Origin: Caecitellus pseudoparvulus | Taxonomy: Eukaryota; Protista; Bigyra: Bicosoecida | Assembly: GCA_965644315.1 (NCBI GenBank) | Contig: CBFFRQ010000038.1 | Span: 1-64,000, forward strand | Direction: 5' to 3' | Length of the DNA: 64,000 nt | Shown here: positions 1 to 12,000 of the stretch, one piece after another | Numbering within the stretch: the first letter of the stretch is position 1 | How the letters are laid out: every line of letters begins with the position of its first letter | Position numbers and translations under genes: made by a program | Notes under the pieces: model-generated | Database searches by the model: none | What the model was told of the DNA's origin: nothing | What the model saw: only the letters and a program-made list of their open reading frames with translations

Positions 1-2605
1 TGGGCAGGGCACAGGCACTGCGTCGTCTCGCGTGACGACGTGCTCAGCGTCAGGTTTGTGCAGTGGCGGTGGGGGTGTGTCTGCCAGCTCCAACAGCAGT
101 GATGTCGGGGCGCCTGCCCTGTCGTCGTGGGAGGGCATCCTGGACCTCATTGGCGCTGTGCAGCCGTCCCGCTGTGCGCCTGGGCACGAATCGCTGCCGG
201 GCACTGCTGCCATGTGCACGGGGTGTGCGCATGGGTGGGTGCACTCGCCTCCAGTGGCAGGTGCCGCGGGCTCGTGCCGCTCATGCAGCACATGGGAGGG
301 CAGTGTGCTGAGCATGTGCCTGAGCCTGGCAGTGTACGGTGCGGTGCTGCTGGGCACGGTGTACTCGTGGCATGTTGTGGCTACAGCGGTGGCGGAGGAA
401 GCAGGTGGCGCGGGCCAGGGTGGAGAGACTGCCAAGTCTGCTGTTGGCGGGAAGCAGGTCGCTGTGCAGGCCCAGGTCAACCCCATGTACCAGAGCACAG
501 CACGAGGGGCCAAGGGTGACACCAGGACTGTGCTGCCAGACGACAAGGTGGCCCGACCCGGCACGCCACACGCTGAGGGGGGTGATGTACAGGGTCCCCT
601 GCTGCGGGCATCCGCTGGCGTGCTGCTGGGCCTGCACATCATGCTGTCAGGGCTGGTGGCAGATGTCCTGGTGGATGGGCCGGGCGGGGGTGTGGGGCAA
701 GACAGCATCGTGTGGCAGCGGGAGGTGACGGGGGGAGTCGTGCCCATCCCTGTGCACTCTGCATCGTGGGCCTGTGCGGCCCAGGCCATGCTGCGTGGCG
801 TGTCAGGGGATACTGTCATGGCCTCCCCCGCCGCTCGGCAGGTGCTGACGTATGGCCTGCTGCCCCTGGTGTCGGTGGTGTTGGGGGCAGCTCTGGGTGG
901 TGGGCTGGGGTGTGCTCTGTCGACCCAGTGGCGCTGCTGGTCACGCCCTGCAGGCAGGGGCGTGGGTGGAGTCAGCGGTGGTGTTCCATTGGCGTGGCAT
1001 GCGGGCGTGCTGGCAGGGGTGTTGTCCCTGCCTCGCAGCATCACGGGGCTGGTGCGCATCGCCAGTGTGTGGGATGTGGCCCATGGCGGGTCTCGCCTGG
1101 TGTCCGAGTGGGGCATTGAGGCAGGCAGTCCTGAGCACTGGCGCTTGATCGGCGCATCGGTCGTGTTGGTGGTGGTGTGGTTGGGCCTGGCGGTGGCGGG
1201 CCTGGTGGTTCTGGGGCGGCGCCTGGTGCAGGGCGACGCCAGGGCCAGTCCCGGCGGTGCGACATCCCCCACGTGTGCATGTACACGCCAAGTGCCGCTT
1301 CCAGTGCCACTGCCTATGTCGTGGTCCCTGCTCACGTCACGGCAGTCATCGCCGCTGCTGCCGCCGTGGACGCCCCCTGCCTTGACGCCCCTGCTGCTGC
1401 CGAGTGTGCTGTGGGTGTGGACGATTGTGGCAGGTGTGACGAATGCGCTGGTGCCTGTGGGCGCAGGCGCGACGTTCTCCCTTGCCGTGGCCATGATTGG
1501 CATGTGGCTGTTCCACGAGGTGCTGCGCACGTTCAGTGTGGCGGAGGACCTCGTGAACGCCAAGCTGCGCCGTGCCAAGCGCAAGGCCCGCAGCAGCTCA
1601 CACAGGCCGGGCATGGACAGCATCCGACAGGTCAGTGTGGATGCGGTGGGGCGTCGTGCACACACCTTGCTGCGTCTGGTGGGATCGGATGTCAGTCCAC
1701 CAGCGCAGGGTGGGGCCAGTGTGAGTGGACCCCAGCAGGCTGGCTTCAAGTCCCTGCGCGCTCTGCAGCGCCTGGCATGGCAGGGCCGCACACTGCATGT
1801 CCTCATGTCGCTGGTGCTGGGGTGTGTCACTGCACAGGCAGGGTGTGCGTACTTGCTCTTCACGTACGACACGGCGGCGTTCGTGGAGAACTCCCGGTAC
1901 GCGCAGAGCATGGAGGCGACCTTTGACGTCGTGCAGGCGTCTCGTGCCACGACGTGGGTGCTGGCGTGTGCATTCTGGGCGCCCATCGTGGTGTTGGTGG
2001 CGTGCCTGGTGCTGGGGCGGGCCGCCTACTCGCTCAGCGGCCTGGTGGGTGAGGGTGTGGGCAGGGCAAGCGCAGCGCTGTGGCGTTGCGTGTCCAAGCA
2101 GTGCACTGCTGCACCACGCGGCAGGCGGGCGCTGTCTTTGGGTGCAGGTGGGGGCGGCTTGCTGCAGGTGGGGAGCCAGGCCAACCCCATGTTGGCTGGG
2201 AAGGAGCGTGCGGCATCCTTGAGCACTGCCACGCTGCGTGGTGGTCAGGGGCGTGTGCCGGCTGATGGCGTTGTGGCCGGCACAAGTCGCGCGGCACGTG
2301 ACGCTGGTGCAGAGCAGGGCAGGGACAGGGGCCTCAGTACGTATGTCACGTCGTTTGCAGCTCGCCGGGCCCGCCCGTCGTCCCTTGCAACTCGCCGCAT
2401 CTTGCATGGAGCCCGTGGCTCGCGCGGCATTGTGGCGCCTGGAGGTCGCAGCGTGGGGTCGCTGTTGATGCTGGCAGCATGTGAGCATGCTCAGGTGCGG
2501 GCTGTGCGGCCTCGTCGGCGCACCCAGCGGGGTGATGGGGGTGGGGGGAAGTCTGTGCGTCGCCAGCGTCCAGTGAGTGCCACTCGGCGTGGGCTGCACC
2601 TGTGA
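1..2605 (+). CDS. 3' part of surface-protein gene B1 (juxtamembrane Cys motif plus multi-pass membrane domain), 5'-truncated by the window edge
   Basis: Frame is open from position 2 (GQGTGTASSRVTTC...). It has a C..GH...C..C..GW...C..C motif followed by several hydrophobic segments. Near-identical to 40790-43368, and bases 1-26 match 34944-34969. Confidence 0.8.
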   Translation, partial: GQGTGTASSRVTTCSASGLCSGGGGVSASSNSSDVGAPALSSWEGILDLIGAVQPSRCAPGHESLPGTAAMCTGCAHGWVHSPPVAGAAGSCRSCSTWEGSVLSMCLSLAVYGAVLLGTVYSWHVVATAVAEEAGGAGQGGETAKSAVGGKQVAVQAQVNPMYQSTARGAKGDTRTVLPDDKVARPGTPHAEGGDVQGPLLRASAGVLLGLHIMLSGLVADVLVDGPGGGVGQDSIVWQREVTGGVVPIPVHSASWACAAQAMLRGVSGDTVMASPAARQVLTYGLLPLVSVVLGAALGGGLGCALSTQWRCWSRPAGRGVGGVSGGVPLAWHAGVLAGVLSLPRSITGLVRIASVWDVAHGGSRLVSEWGIEAGSPEHWRLIGASVVLVVVWLGLAVAGLVVLGRRLVQGDARASPGGATSPTCACTRQVPLPVPLPMSWSLLTSRQSSPLLPPWTPPALTPLLLPSVLWVWTIVAGVTNALVPVGAGATFSLAVAMIGMWLFHEVLRTFSVAEDLVNAKLRRAKRKARSSSHRPGMDSIRQVSVDAVGRRAHTLLRLVGSDVSPPAQGGASVSGPQQAGFKSLRALQRLAWQGRTLHVLMSLVLGCVTAQAGCAYLLFTYDTAAFVENSRYAQSMEATFDVVQASRATTWVLACAFWAPIVVLVACLVLGRAAYSLSGLVGEGVGRASAALWRCVSKQCTAAPRGRRALSLGAGGGGLLQVGSQANPMLAGKERAASLSTATLRGGQGRVPADGVVAGTSRAARDAGAEQGRDRGLSTYVTSFAARRARPSSLATRRILHGARGSRGIVAPGGRSVGSLLMLAACEHAQVRAVRPRRRTQRGDGGGGKSVRRQRPVSATRRGLHL

Positions 2606-3348
2606 TCGGTGGCAAGTTCAAAGGAACGGCATAGTCTGCGGGATGAGATGTCAAAGCATGCTTGCATGCTTCCTTGATATTTTTTTTGGTGTGCTTCTTG
2701 CCTGATGCGGTCACAATGTCACCTGGGCGTCGAACGGGTGCCTGCACGTGAGGGGAGTTTCTCTGGCCCAGCCGCTTTCTGAATAGTGAATCCAATTACT
2801 TCATTTGAGCTTTTCTTTTTTTGCTGGCTCAGTTCAACTTTCGCACGGAAAGCTTGTTGTTAGTTCCTTGCCGGGTTATATACAACCTGGCTGGAAGCAA
2901 TCGCAGAGACACAAAAAGGGGACGGAATGAAAAAGTACAATGCACAGCAATGTCAAGGATCTCCCCTTGCGCTCGTCGAAGCCGTCCTAACAGCTTCGCC
3001 TTATCGCGCGGGTGACGGGTTTGTGGCATGCACTTGCGCCAGCGTCGGCCAGCTGGCCGGCCTCGCCTGGTCAGGACCTTGCCAACACAGACATTCAAAT
3101 CCCAACGACAAACCTTTCTGAGGCAATCAAAAGACGCCCCCTAGGTAAACCATTACGTGTGATCCTTAGAAATCCCTTTCATCGGTCCGGACTTTGCGGA
3201 TTGGCCGTATGCGAGGTTGCTTGTATCTGCGTGAGACGAAGGGAAAGTGCAGTTCACCAGACGTTTGCGGAGGACCTTCGTCGCTTGCATCTGGACGCCA
3301 AGCTTTGCGCAAGAAGCCTGAAGGGACAAGGAGGAACTTTGGCCTAAC

Positions 3349-6300
3349 ATGGTTAGACGAGCAAACCTCGTGCTTCTTTTCATCGTGCCGGCGCTTCTGG
3401 TTCAGGGTGGTGCGGCACAATGCAGCTGTGAGTAGCGCCGGTCATTCTCTCTCTGGCACGATTATCTCCAGACAAGAAGCGTAGAACGCTGCCTCGTTCC
3501 TCACATGACAAAAGACGTTGCAATGAAGGCCGTTCTGTTTGCTCGCAGGTCCCGCGGGCAAGCACGTCTGCAATTGTCCTGGAGGTCCGCTGTGCCTCAT
3601 GCCTGCGAGGCGGGGCCTGTATTCAACGGAGGAATACACAGGCAAAAGGGATGATGCCCTTTTGCTCATGTCCAAACACATCTCCCTTCTGGCTGGTTCT
3701 AGCTCGCCGTCCGCTGCAGATGCAGTCCGCAGGCAGCTCACCCAAACCCTCGCAGCCAGAGCCAAACACCCAACGCGCTCCACTGTCGATGGAAAAGAAA
3801 AAACTCCGTGGTCAGGAACAAGAGCACAAACAGCAAGTTCTGATTGGCTCTTGCAAACAGTGCTTGGCTTGCAAGGAGGCGAACAACCGGAAGATGCCCG
3901 CAAGTCACAAGGGGTTCAAACGGCTGATGTGAATCCAAAAAGGAAGCTCTCTTCACACGACTGCATTGACTGCCAGTTGGGAAGATACAAGCCTGGATTC
4001 AATTCCGCAACGTCGTGCTCAATATGTCAAGCGGGCCGGTTCATGCCCCTTTCTGGAGCAACTGTCTGCACGCAATGCTCAGCGGGCAGGTTTGCGGGGT
4101 TGGAAGCTACAACTTGCACTGACTGTGCTCCAGGGAGGTACCAAGACTCCACCCCGGGCTCTACTTGCAAGGCGTGTGCAGCTGGGAGGAAGAACCCTTC
4201 CTCTGGGTCCACAAGCAGCACTGCATGCACCAACTGCCTGCCCGGGTACTCGTCTGGTAGTGGACAAGGCTCGTGTCTCATTTGTGCGGCGGGTCGGTAC
4301 GCGGGCAGTGGTGCGTCGGCCTGCACAGCCTGCCCGACCGGCCGGTACCGCACAAGCACAGGCGGCACATCGGCGGGCTCGTGTGCTGTCTGCGCGGCGG
4401 GGAAGGCCAGCGGGTCCACGGGGGCCACAGCTGAGAGCACGTGCGGCACATGTGCAGCTGGGACATTCGCCGGGGCTGGGTCGGCGTCATGCTCGAGCTG
4501 TGCGGCGGGTCGGTATGCGGGCAGTGGTGCATCCTCCTGCACAGCCTGCCCGACCGGCCGGTACCGCACGGGCACAGGCGGTACATCGGCGGGCTCGTGT
4601 GCTGTCTGTGCGGCGGGGAAGGCCAGCGGGTCCACGGGGGCCATAGCTGAGAGCACGTGCGGCACATGTGCAGCTGGGACATTCGCCGGGGCTGGGTCGG
4701 CGTCATGCTCGAGCTGTGCGGCGGGTCGGTACGCGGGCAGTGGTGCGTCCTCCTGCACAGCCTGCCCGACCGGCCGGTACCGCACAGGCACAGGCGGTAC
4801 ATCGGCGGGCTCGTGTGCTGTCTGCGCGGCGGGGAAGGCCAGCGGGTCCACGGGGGCCACAGCTGAGAGCACGTGCGGCACATGTGCAGCTGGGACATTC
4901 GCCGGTGCTGGGTCAGCGTCATGCTCGAGCTGTGTGGCGGGTCGGTATGCGGGCAGTGGTGCATCCTCCTGCACAGCCTGCCCGACCGGCCGGTACCGCA
5001 CAAGCACAGGCGGCACATCGGCGGGCTCGTGTACTGCCTGCGCGGCGGGGAAGGCCAGCGGGTCCACGGGGGCCACAGCTGAGAGCATGTGCGACACATG
5101 TGCAGCTGGGACATTCGCCGGTGCTGGGTCAGCGTCATGCTCGAGCTGTGTGGCGGGTCGGTATGCGGGCAGTGGTGCATCCTCCTGCACGGCCTGTCCG
5201 ACCGGCCGGTACCGCACGGGCACAGGCGGCACATCGGCGGGCTCGTGTACTGCCTGCGCGGCGGGGAAGGCCAGCGGGTCCACGGGGGCCACGAGTGCGA
5301 CAGTGTGTGGGGACTGCAATGCCGGGCGGTATGCTTGGTCAGGGGCGTCTGCTTGCACCGACTGTGCGCTGGGCAGGTCGTCCAGTGCGGGTGCTGGCTC
5401 CTGTGGGTCCTGTGCCGCGGGTCGGTATGCGGGGTCTGTCGGGATGTCGTCGTGTGCCCAGTGCGGCAGTGGGACGTATGCGGGATCGTCGGGGTCGAGC
5501 AGCTGTACGAGCTGTGCGGCGGGGCGGTACGCAGGCAGTGGGGCGTCGGCCTGCACCGACTGTGCGCTGGGCAAGGCGTCCAGTGCGGGTGCTGGCTCCT
5601 GTGGGTCCTGTGCCGCGGGTCGGTATGCGGGGTCTGTCGGGATGTCGTCGTGTGCCCAGTGCGGCAGTGGGACGTATGCGGGATCGTCGGGGTCGAGCAG
5701 CTGTACGAGCTGTGCGGCGGGGCGGTACGCAGGCAGTGGGGCGTCGGCCTGCACCGACTGTGCGCTGGGCAGGTCGTCCAGTGCGGGTGCTGGCTCCTGT
5801 GGGTCCTGTGTGGCGGGTCGGTATGCGGGGTCTGTCGGGATGTCGTCGTGTGCCCAGTGCGGCAGTGGGACGTATGCGGGATCGTCGGGGTCGAGCAGCT
5901 GTACGAGCTGTGCGGCGGGGCGGTATGCGCAGTCCACAGGCTCCACCACATGCACACAGTGTCCCGCTGGCAAAGCCGGAGCTGGCACAGGTGGGGACTC
6001 TGCCAGCTACTGCGGCACGTGTGGCGTGGGGAAGTATGCTGCAGGCCTGGGCAACACGGCGTGCACAGATTGCCCTGCTGGCCAGACAACGCCAGGCACT
6101 GGATCGACATCATCTGCAGACTGTGTGCCGGCTGCATCGGCGAGTCCCACTGTGACAATGACTCCGACGCCAACGGGGTCGAGCTCGGCGACAGCATCGG
6201 GGACGGCAAGCAGCTCGGCGTCACCGAGTGGCTCAGGCACGCCCAGTGCATCGCCATCGGCCAGTGGCTCCAGCACGCCCAGTGCATCGCCATCGGCCAG

Positions 6301-9013
6301 TGGCTCAAGCACGTCCAGTGCATCGCCATCGGCCAGCAGGTCAGGCACGCCCAGTGCATCGCCATCGGCCAGTGGGTCAGGCACGCCCAGTGCATCGCCA
6401 TCGGCCAGTGGATCGGGCACGCCCAGTGCATCGCCGTCAGCCAGTGGGTCAGGCACGCCCAGTGCATCGCCATCGGCCAGTGGCTCCGGCACGCCCAGTG
6501 CAACGCCGTCGGCCAGTGGGTCAGGCACGTCAGGCGTGTCACCGTCGGCCAGCGGGTCAGGCACGCCCAGTGCATCGCCATCGCCCAGTGGCTCAGGCAC
6601 ATCAGGCGTGTCGCCATCGACCAGGGGCTTGGCTACTGCGAGTTTGTTGCCCACTGCAAGTGACGCAGTTGCTCCAACTGGCTCAAGCAGCCCACGTGTG
6701 CTTCCATCACATCTGTCTTGGGCTGTGTCGTCAGACATTCGGAGTCACCACCCGGCCAACTCAACTGACACTCTGTACCTGCCTCTTCTCGTTCGAGACG
6801 GAGTTTCGTGCGTTAGAAACTGCCATAGTTTCGACGCGGTGATTTTGCCGTGCCCACGTCGTGGATCATGCGCGATCGGCGAGGCATTGAATGATGTCCA
6901 GGGTTGCAGTGATGGTCATTCTGGTGTTGCGTGCGGGTCCTGCGCGCTTGGGTGGAGTGCGCCTTCGGCTTGTGACGCGTGCAAGGAGTGTCCGAGCAGT
7001 GTTCTTCCCCACTTTGTTGCAAGCGCTGTCCCTGCCGCTCTGCAGCTGGTCGCGGCACTGGCGAGTGCTTGTTTCGCTGTACACGGGTATGTGAAAGCTC
7101 CTGAGCGGGTCGCTACTAACCTGTTCAGCGGCGGGCTGAGACTTGGCCTGTGGTACATTGGCATGGCGGCTCAAATTGGGCACCTTCATGGACAATCTGG
7201 AGCATCTTTGCAAGCTTCTTCCCAGTCACTTGGGCAATGGGTGAGCACTTGCGGCATGGCACGTCCATGGGCGTCTGGCGTTGAAGTGGGAGCGAACGCT
7301 TCCTTGTATGAAAACGTCCCATTCAACGAGGGATCTTCAAGCATTCTAGACATACTAAGTGCAGCGTCTGGTGGCACTGTGGCTGCATTTGAAGGCGGTA
7401 TCGGCTGCGCTTTCGGTGGCGGCGACCCGAACAGCCCAACGTCGCCGGGCGCCTTGTTTCTCCTCGGCTCTAGCTTGTGCCTGCTTGCGATGGGTATGAT
7501 GACAGTCTGTCTTCAATCTCGATGCGCGTCCAGTGCTTGGCCAGGGCTTCTGTTGCTTCCGCCTGTGCTGTATGTCAACGCTGCACCAGGGCTGCTCCGC
7601 GGGCTGTCAAAAGTATGCGGGCTTCAGCCCCAATGGGGTGGGCTTGACACCCCTGACGGCGCACCAGGATTCGCGGATGAGAAAGCTCCTTTTGCTAGTG
7701 CTTTGAGTTTGCACGTGGTTGTCCTTACGGCTGGAACAGTGACCTACCTTTCGTGGAGGCAGTGGTGTGGGCATGCTCGAGCCGCGCGGCCAGGCGCGAC
7801 ACTCCGTGGCCTTCTTGCCAAGGGGTATCGCACACAGTTCACAGTCCAGCAAGCCAGAGAGCTTGCAACTTCAGTTTTGAAGAAGCCTGCCCTTGTTCAA
7901 GCGGCTGTTGCCGAGGCTGAGACGGCCCAGGCTTCTTGCTGCGGAGCTGCGTGGTTGTTGCCGAGCCATGCTTTTGTTGGCGTTCAAATGGCCGTTGTTG
8001 TCATTGCAACTGGAGCATCTTGGTTCACCGTGGACGTTGTCACTCGACTTGTGAGCGTTGGTGCCGGCCTCAGCTTCAGCATGGCGTTGGTCTTTGTGCG
8101 GCGACCTTGGGTGGTGGGTGAGATCACTGACTTGGACGTGCTTGCTCACGCTGGACTTCTCATTCATGTGGTGTGTGCCGGCCTCAATGCGCTCACCCCT
8201 GCTACTGCGTCATGGACAACAATCATCACCAGCGCAACACATGTACTGGTGTTGGTGGGGATCTTTTTGGCTGTTCTGCGCGGGTACAGCCAGGCGGCAC
8301 GAGCTGCATTGGCCAAGGTGGGGCGCCGGATCCGGAGCTGGTTTCCGGAGCTGGGTCCAGCTGAACAACCAACGCTCACTGCAGGAGAGCTGGGGGACGT
8401 GGCCAACAGCAATGTCCCGGGACCTCACCAGATCGTTTGGGCTTTGCTGATGCGCGGGTTGCGGTGTGGCGTGAAGCCTGCCCGGACCCAACACACGGTC
8501 GACCTTGGTGGCATCATGAGCATGCTTGGGGAACAGAACCAGGTGGGCGCTGAGGCAACAAAGCAAATCCTCGGTACAGCAGGGCACAGCTTAGTTCGTG
8601 TTCCAGCCTCATCGGCAGGTTTGGCAAGCTTGTCTGCGCCCCAAGCTCAAGCCGTTAGCAACGCGCTTAGGCCTTCATCGGCAGCCAGTGTCACACGAAA
8701 CCCGATGTTCGTCAAGAAGGCGAAACAAAGAAAACAGCTGCCTCGTCCCCTGGCATCTTGCAGCCATGTGCTTGACAGAGGGAGCTTGGTTCATCGGGAT
8801 TCGCTTTCGTCTCTCGCCGAATTAACGGCTGCGTCGTCGACTCGGCAGATAGTCCTCCCGAAGCGGGGTTCACTGCAGCATCTGCAGCTCCAACTCGACA
8901 CGAGCAGCGAGGCAGCGGGAGGCTTCCGGCCCAGGAGAGTGAGTGGTGCTCAGGGCACTGAGGGGCGTCGACGCTCGTCTGTGAGACGGCTGTCAACAAG
9001 ACCACGGAAGTGA
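3349..9013 (+). CDS. Cys-rich repeat surface protein A1: signal peptide, GCC2/GCC3 (ephrin-receptor-like) CxxCxxG repeats, Ser/Thr/Pro stalk, multi-pass membrane domain. Exons 3349-3427 and 3549-9013.
   Basis: ATG 3349 gives the signal peptide MVRRANLVLLFIVPALLVQGGAAQCS. Phase-1 intron GTGAGT...CGCAG (3428-3548) joins it in frame to the 1824-aa ORF (C|PAGKHVC). Confidence 0.85.
4283..5930 (+). repeat. Coding tandem arrays in A1: ~4.7 x 216 bp (72 aa), then 3 x 198 bp (66 aa)
   Basis: 216-bp periodicity (shadow ORFs start at 4441, 4657, 4873, 5089). TGCACCGACTGTGCGCTGGGCA recurs at 5354, 5552 and 5750. Confidence 0.9.
6227..6619 (+). repeat. 36-bp coding minisatellite (SPSASGSGTPSA / SPSASGSGTSGV), ~11 units
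   Basis: 12-aa repeat counted directly in the translation. Confidence 0.9.
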
Positions 9014-9097
9014 GAGCAGACTTCAGGTCAAGCAGCGGATAAACGGCACAAAGTTTGACGTGCTTTCCTCCAGCACTGCATGTCCACCACTTGCTTC

Positions 9098-12000
9098 TCA
9101 GTCTTTCTTTGCTTTGCGGAGGGCAAAGAAAGCTCGTGCTGCTCGCAGGCGTTCAGCCACGTGAAGTGGGGCCGCACTGACCGGCCATGCGTGGAGGGTG
9201 CCGCCGCCTGACTCTTCTTTGCCGCTATCCAGGCTTCCTCCGGAGGTGTTGGCCGAGTACGCTGAGGTGGGCCCAGGCTGCGACCCTGCTTCGGCCTCCG
9301 CCCAGACGGTGCTACCATCAGCGGACAGTCGAAGCGTTGAATCATCTGAGAAGGTGAGCTTCACGCCGCCTGAATCCCGTCTTCGCCGCCGAGCTCGAAC
9401 GACAGAAAGGTTTCGCGCAGGGTGGGGCTGAGCAGGTGCACCTTGGCGGGGCTCCCGGAGCACCACAGGCAGGCGCTGCAGCGAGGCCAACAGGGCTGCA
9501 TCGGTGGGTTTCGCGTGCCCCTCTTCCAGTCTCTGTGCGATGGCGTCTCGAGTGGACAGCACACGCTCCCACAGACGAAGCGCTGTTGTTAGCTTGCTCT
9601 GAGCGAGCTGCACAATGCGCAGGGCGTGTTGTTGTTCGCGCACCGAGTCAAAAGGCTGCCAGTGCCCGTCAGCAGAGAGAGCCGCGATGCCTGTCGAGTT
9701 GCTCGGGTGGGAGTGATCCTTTGGGTTCAAGGACAGGATCATGCCATCTCCCATGTCGCCTCCCTGCACTGTGATGCGCTGCGTGGACAGGGCATATCGC
9801 AGTTTGACCCCGCCGCTCAGCCGCATGGCTACGTCAGCTGTCGGCGTGTTGCACATGAGGGCCACGCGTGAGTCGTCACTGAGGACCACCAGCATGGGGG
9901 TGCGCGACTTGACGACTTGCACCACCTTTAACATGTATCGGTACAGCCGCCTGGACCACCGTGGGAGCCTGGCAAGGCGGTATGTTTGGGCCCCAGGAGG
10001 CAGGCAGTGCTCCTCTGGGGGGGGATCAGCCTTGGCCTGGAGGCCGAGTGAGACTTCTCCTGCAGATGACGCGGACATGTGCACGGCAGCCACACTTTGC
10101 AGGAGAGTTCGGAGCTGGGCGTGGGTGCTGCGGGCCTGCGCCAGGCGCGCCAGGGTTGGCGGGTCATTTGGCGCAGCCGTCGCTGCCACTGTCAGTTTCT
10201 GGATGTGCCGTGCTTGGCGGGCCAGCATGCCGCCGAACCATCTGGGCGGGTTGTGAAAGACGGCATGCACTGTGTCTGCTGCAGGGAAGAGGGCAATGGT
10301 GGCCTTGGAGCCCTTGTATGTAAAGGGGCGGCGCAGCGGCGCCAGCTGGACACGAGGCAGGGCGTTTTCCGCGGTGCTTAAAGGGGCCACGGCCTGCGAG
10401 GCCTTGGAAATCTGCGGACCACCTGCACCGGCGCCTCGGCTGGGCTGAGACCGCCCTGCAAACGAGTCCTGCGTCAGGGGCACGCTGGAGGGGCCATCCA
10501 ACAGCGTCGTGAAGCCTGATGCGCCCCCGGTAGAGCTGCCTCCCTGTGCAAGCCAGGCTTGTAGCCCGCTGTGGGGCGAGCCGCTTTCCTGGGTGCTGCT
10601 GCCCTCTGCGACGGTCGGCGGCGGGTCGTACGCAGTTCGCACGAGGCGACCGGCAAGGGAAGTGCCTCGTCGGTGCCCGAGAGCTTCAAATGCATGCTTC
10701 GCTGCTGCACGCCGCTCCTGTTCCTGCACCCGGGCGTGGTGATGCGTCCATGATGTCAGCACCTTGGATGGGTGTGGAGCTTCGGTTTCCTGCTGCTGCC
10801 CTGCCCCTGAGGGGGGCGGGGTGGAGGACAGGGCGATGCCAGACAACCACGAGTCGTGGGACTGCACTGGCGGACGGCGAGGGGGCACGGCGGGGGAGGG
10901 TGGGGGGCGTCTTGCCGGCATGGGCGTGGGTGTGGGTGTGGGGGGATGCGACGTGCCCAAATCACCTCGACCTTGGCCCGTGACTCTCACATCCTTGCGT
11001 GGCTGCCCAATCCCATCAAGGGGCGTCTGAGCGTGTGCTGCGGGCCCTGTGTGACTGTGCTGGCTGGGCCCTTCCGCCGGCGCGGGTGGGGCGTCTGCCG
11101 TGCTGCGGGGTGGGAAGGCAGATTCTGACGTGCCGCCCAGCGAGGAGTGCGCCCCGTAGAAGGACGGCTCCAGCGTGTGGGGGATGTGCACGTCCTCCAC
11201 ATCGGGCGGCCGCTCCGTGCCCCCCACCCCCTCGTCCCGGTGCGAAGGCAGAGTGGGGGGTGAACTACGCGCCACGGCACCTGCGCTGGAGCACGCCCCA
11301 CCCCACAGCACGGGTGGCACAGCCGTGGCAGCTTCCTGTGGTGCCGGTGGCTGTGCAGAGGGTGGCGTGGGGGGCTTTGTGGCCACCGACCCACCCTGCG
11401 CCTCAGCCTGTGACCCCGGAGTTGGGACTGGCGAGGGGGCTTGAAGCAGTGACAGGCCACTGGCGCCTTCAGACAGTGAGTGGGGCTCCGGCTTGGCCCT
11501 TCGTCTGGGCGGCCTGCGGCGTTTCCCGGGGTTGTCGGACCTGGGCCCATGTCTCGGCCCACGCGACCGCGCCGCCCGGGCTGCCCGCAGTGCCGGCGGG
11601 GTCTCCCCCGCCCCGCCAGCTGCCCGTGCCCTGCTGGAGGCGGTGGATCTGCTGGACAGGCCAGACACCCCCTCGCCTCCCTTCCTGCCTGTCCGGCGCC
11701 GGTCAGGGTCCTTGCCACGGCGAGGCGCAGGCAGGAACTCCTGGTGCCAGGCTGGGTGGGCCAGCACCTCGCTTGCCGAGGGCCGGGCCGCGGGGTCCGC
11801 CTGCAGCATGGCCGCCAGGAGACTGGCCAGGGCGGAGGGCAGGCGCGCGAGGTTTGAGGCAAAGTCCTTGGTGGGCCCACCCCTGGCCGTCTGGGCTGCG
11901 GCGTGGCTGTGGGCCCTGGATGCCGCCCCCCCCCCTCCCCGGACGGGGGAGGACCCGAACAGCAGCGCGTACAGGAGGCACCCCAGGCCCCAGATGTCAG

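Noticed and set aside
6227-6619. CRISPR array (36-bp periodicity, also at 31360 and 46924)
   Set aside because: Units are contiguous with no unique spacers, lie in frame in a CDS, and there are no cas genes.
4027-6738. Long antisense and alternate-frame repetitive ORFs (also near 29.9-32.2 kb and 45-47.8 kb)
   Set aside because: Shadows of the stop-poor GC-rich coding repeats; the plus-strand frame has the coherent signal-to-membrane architecture.
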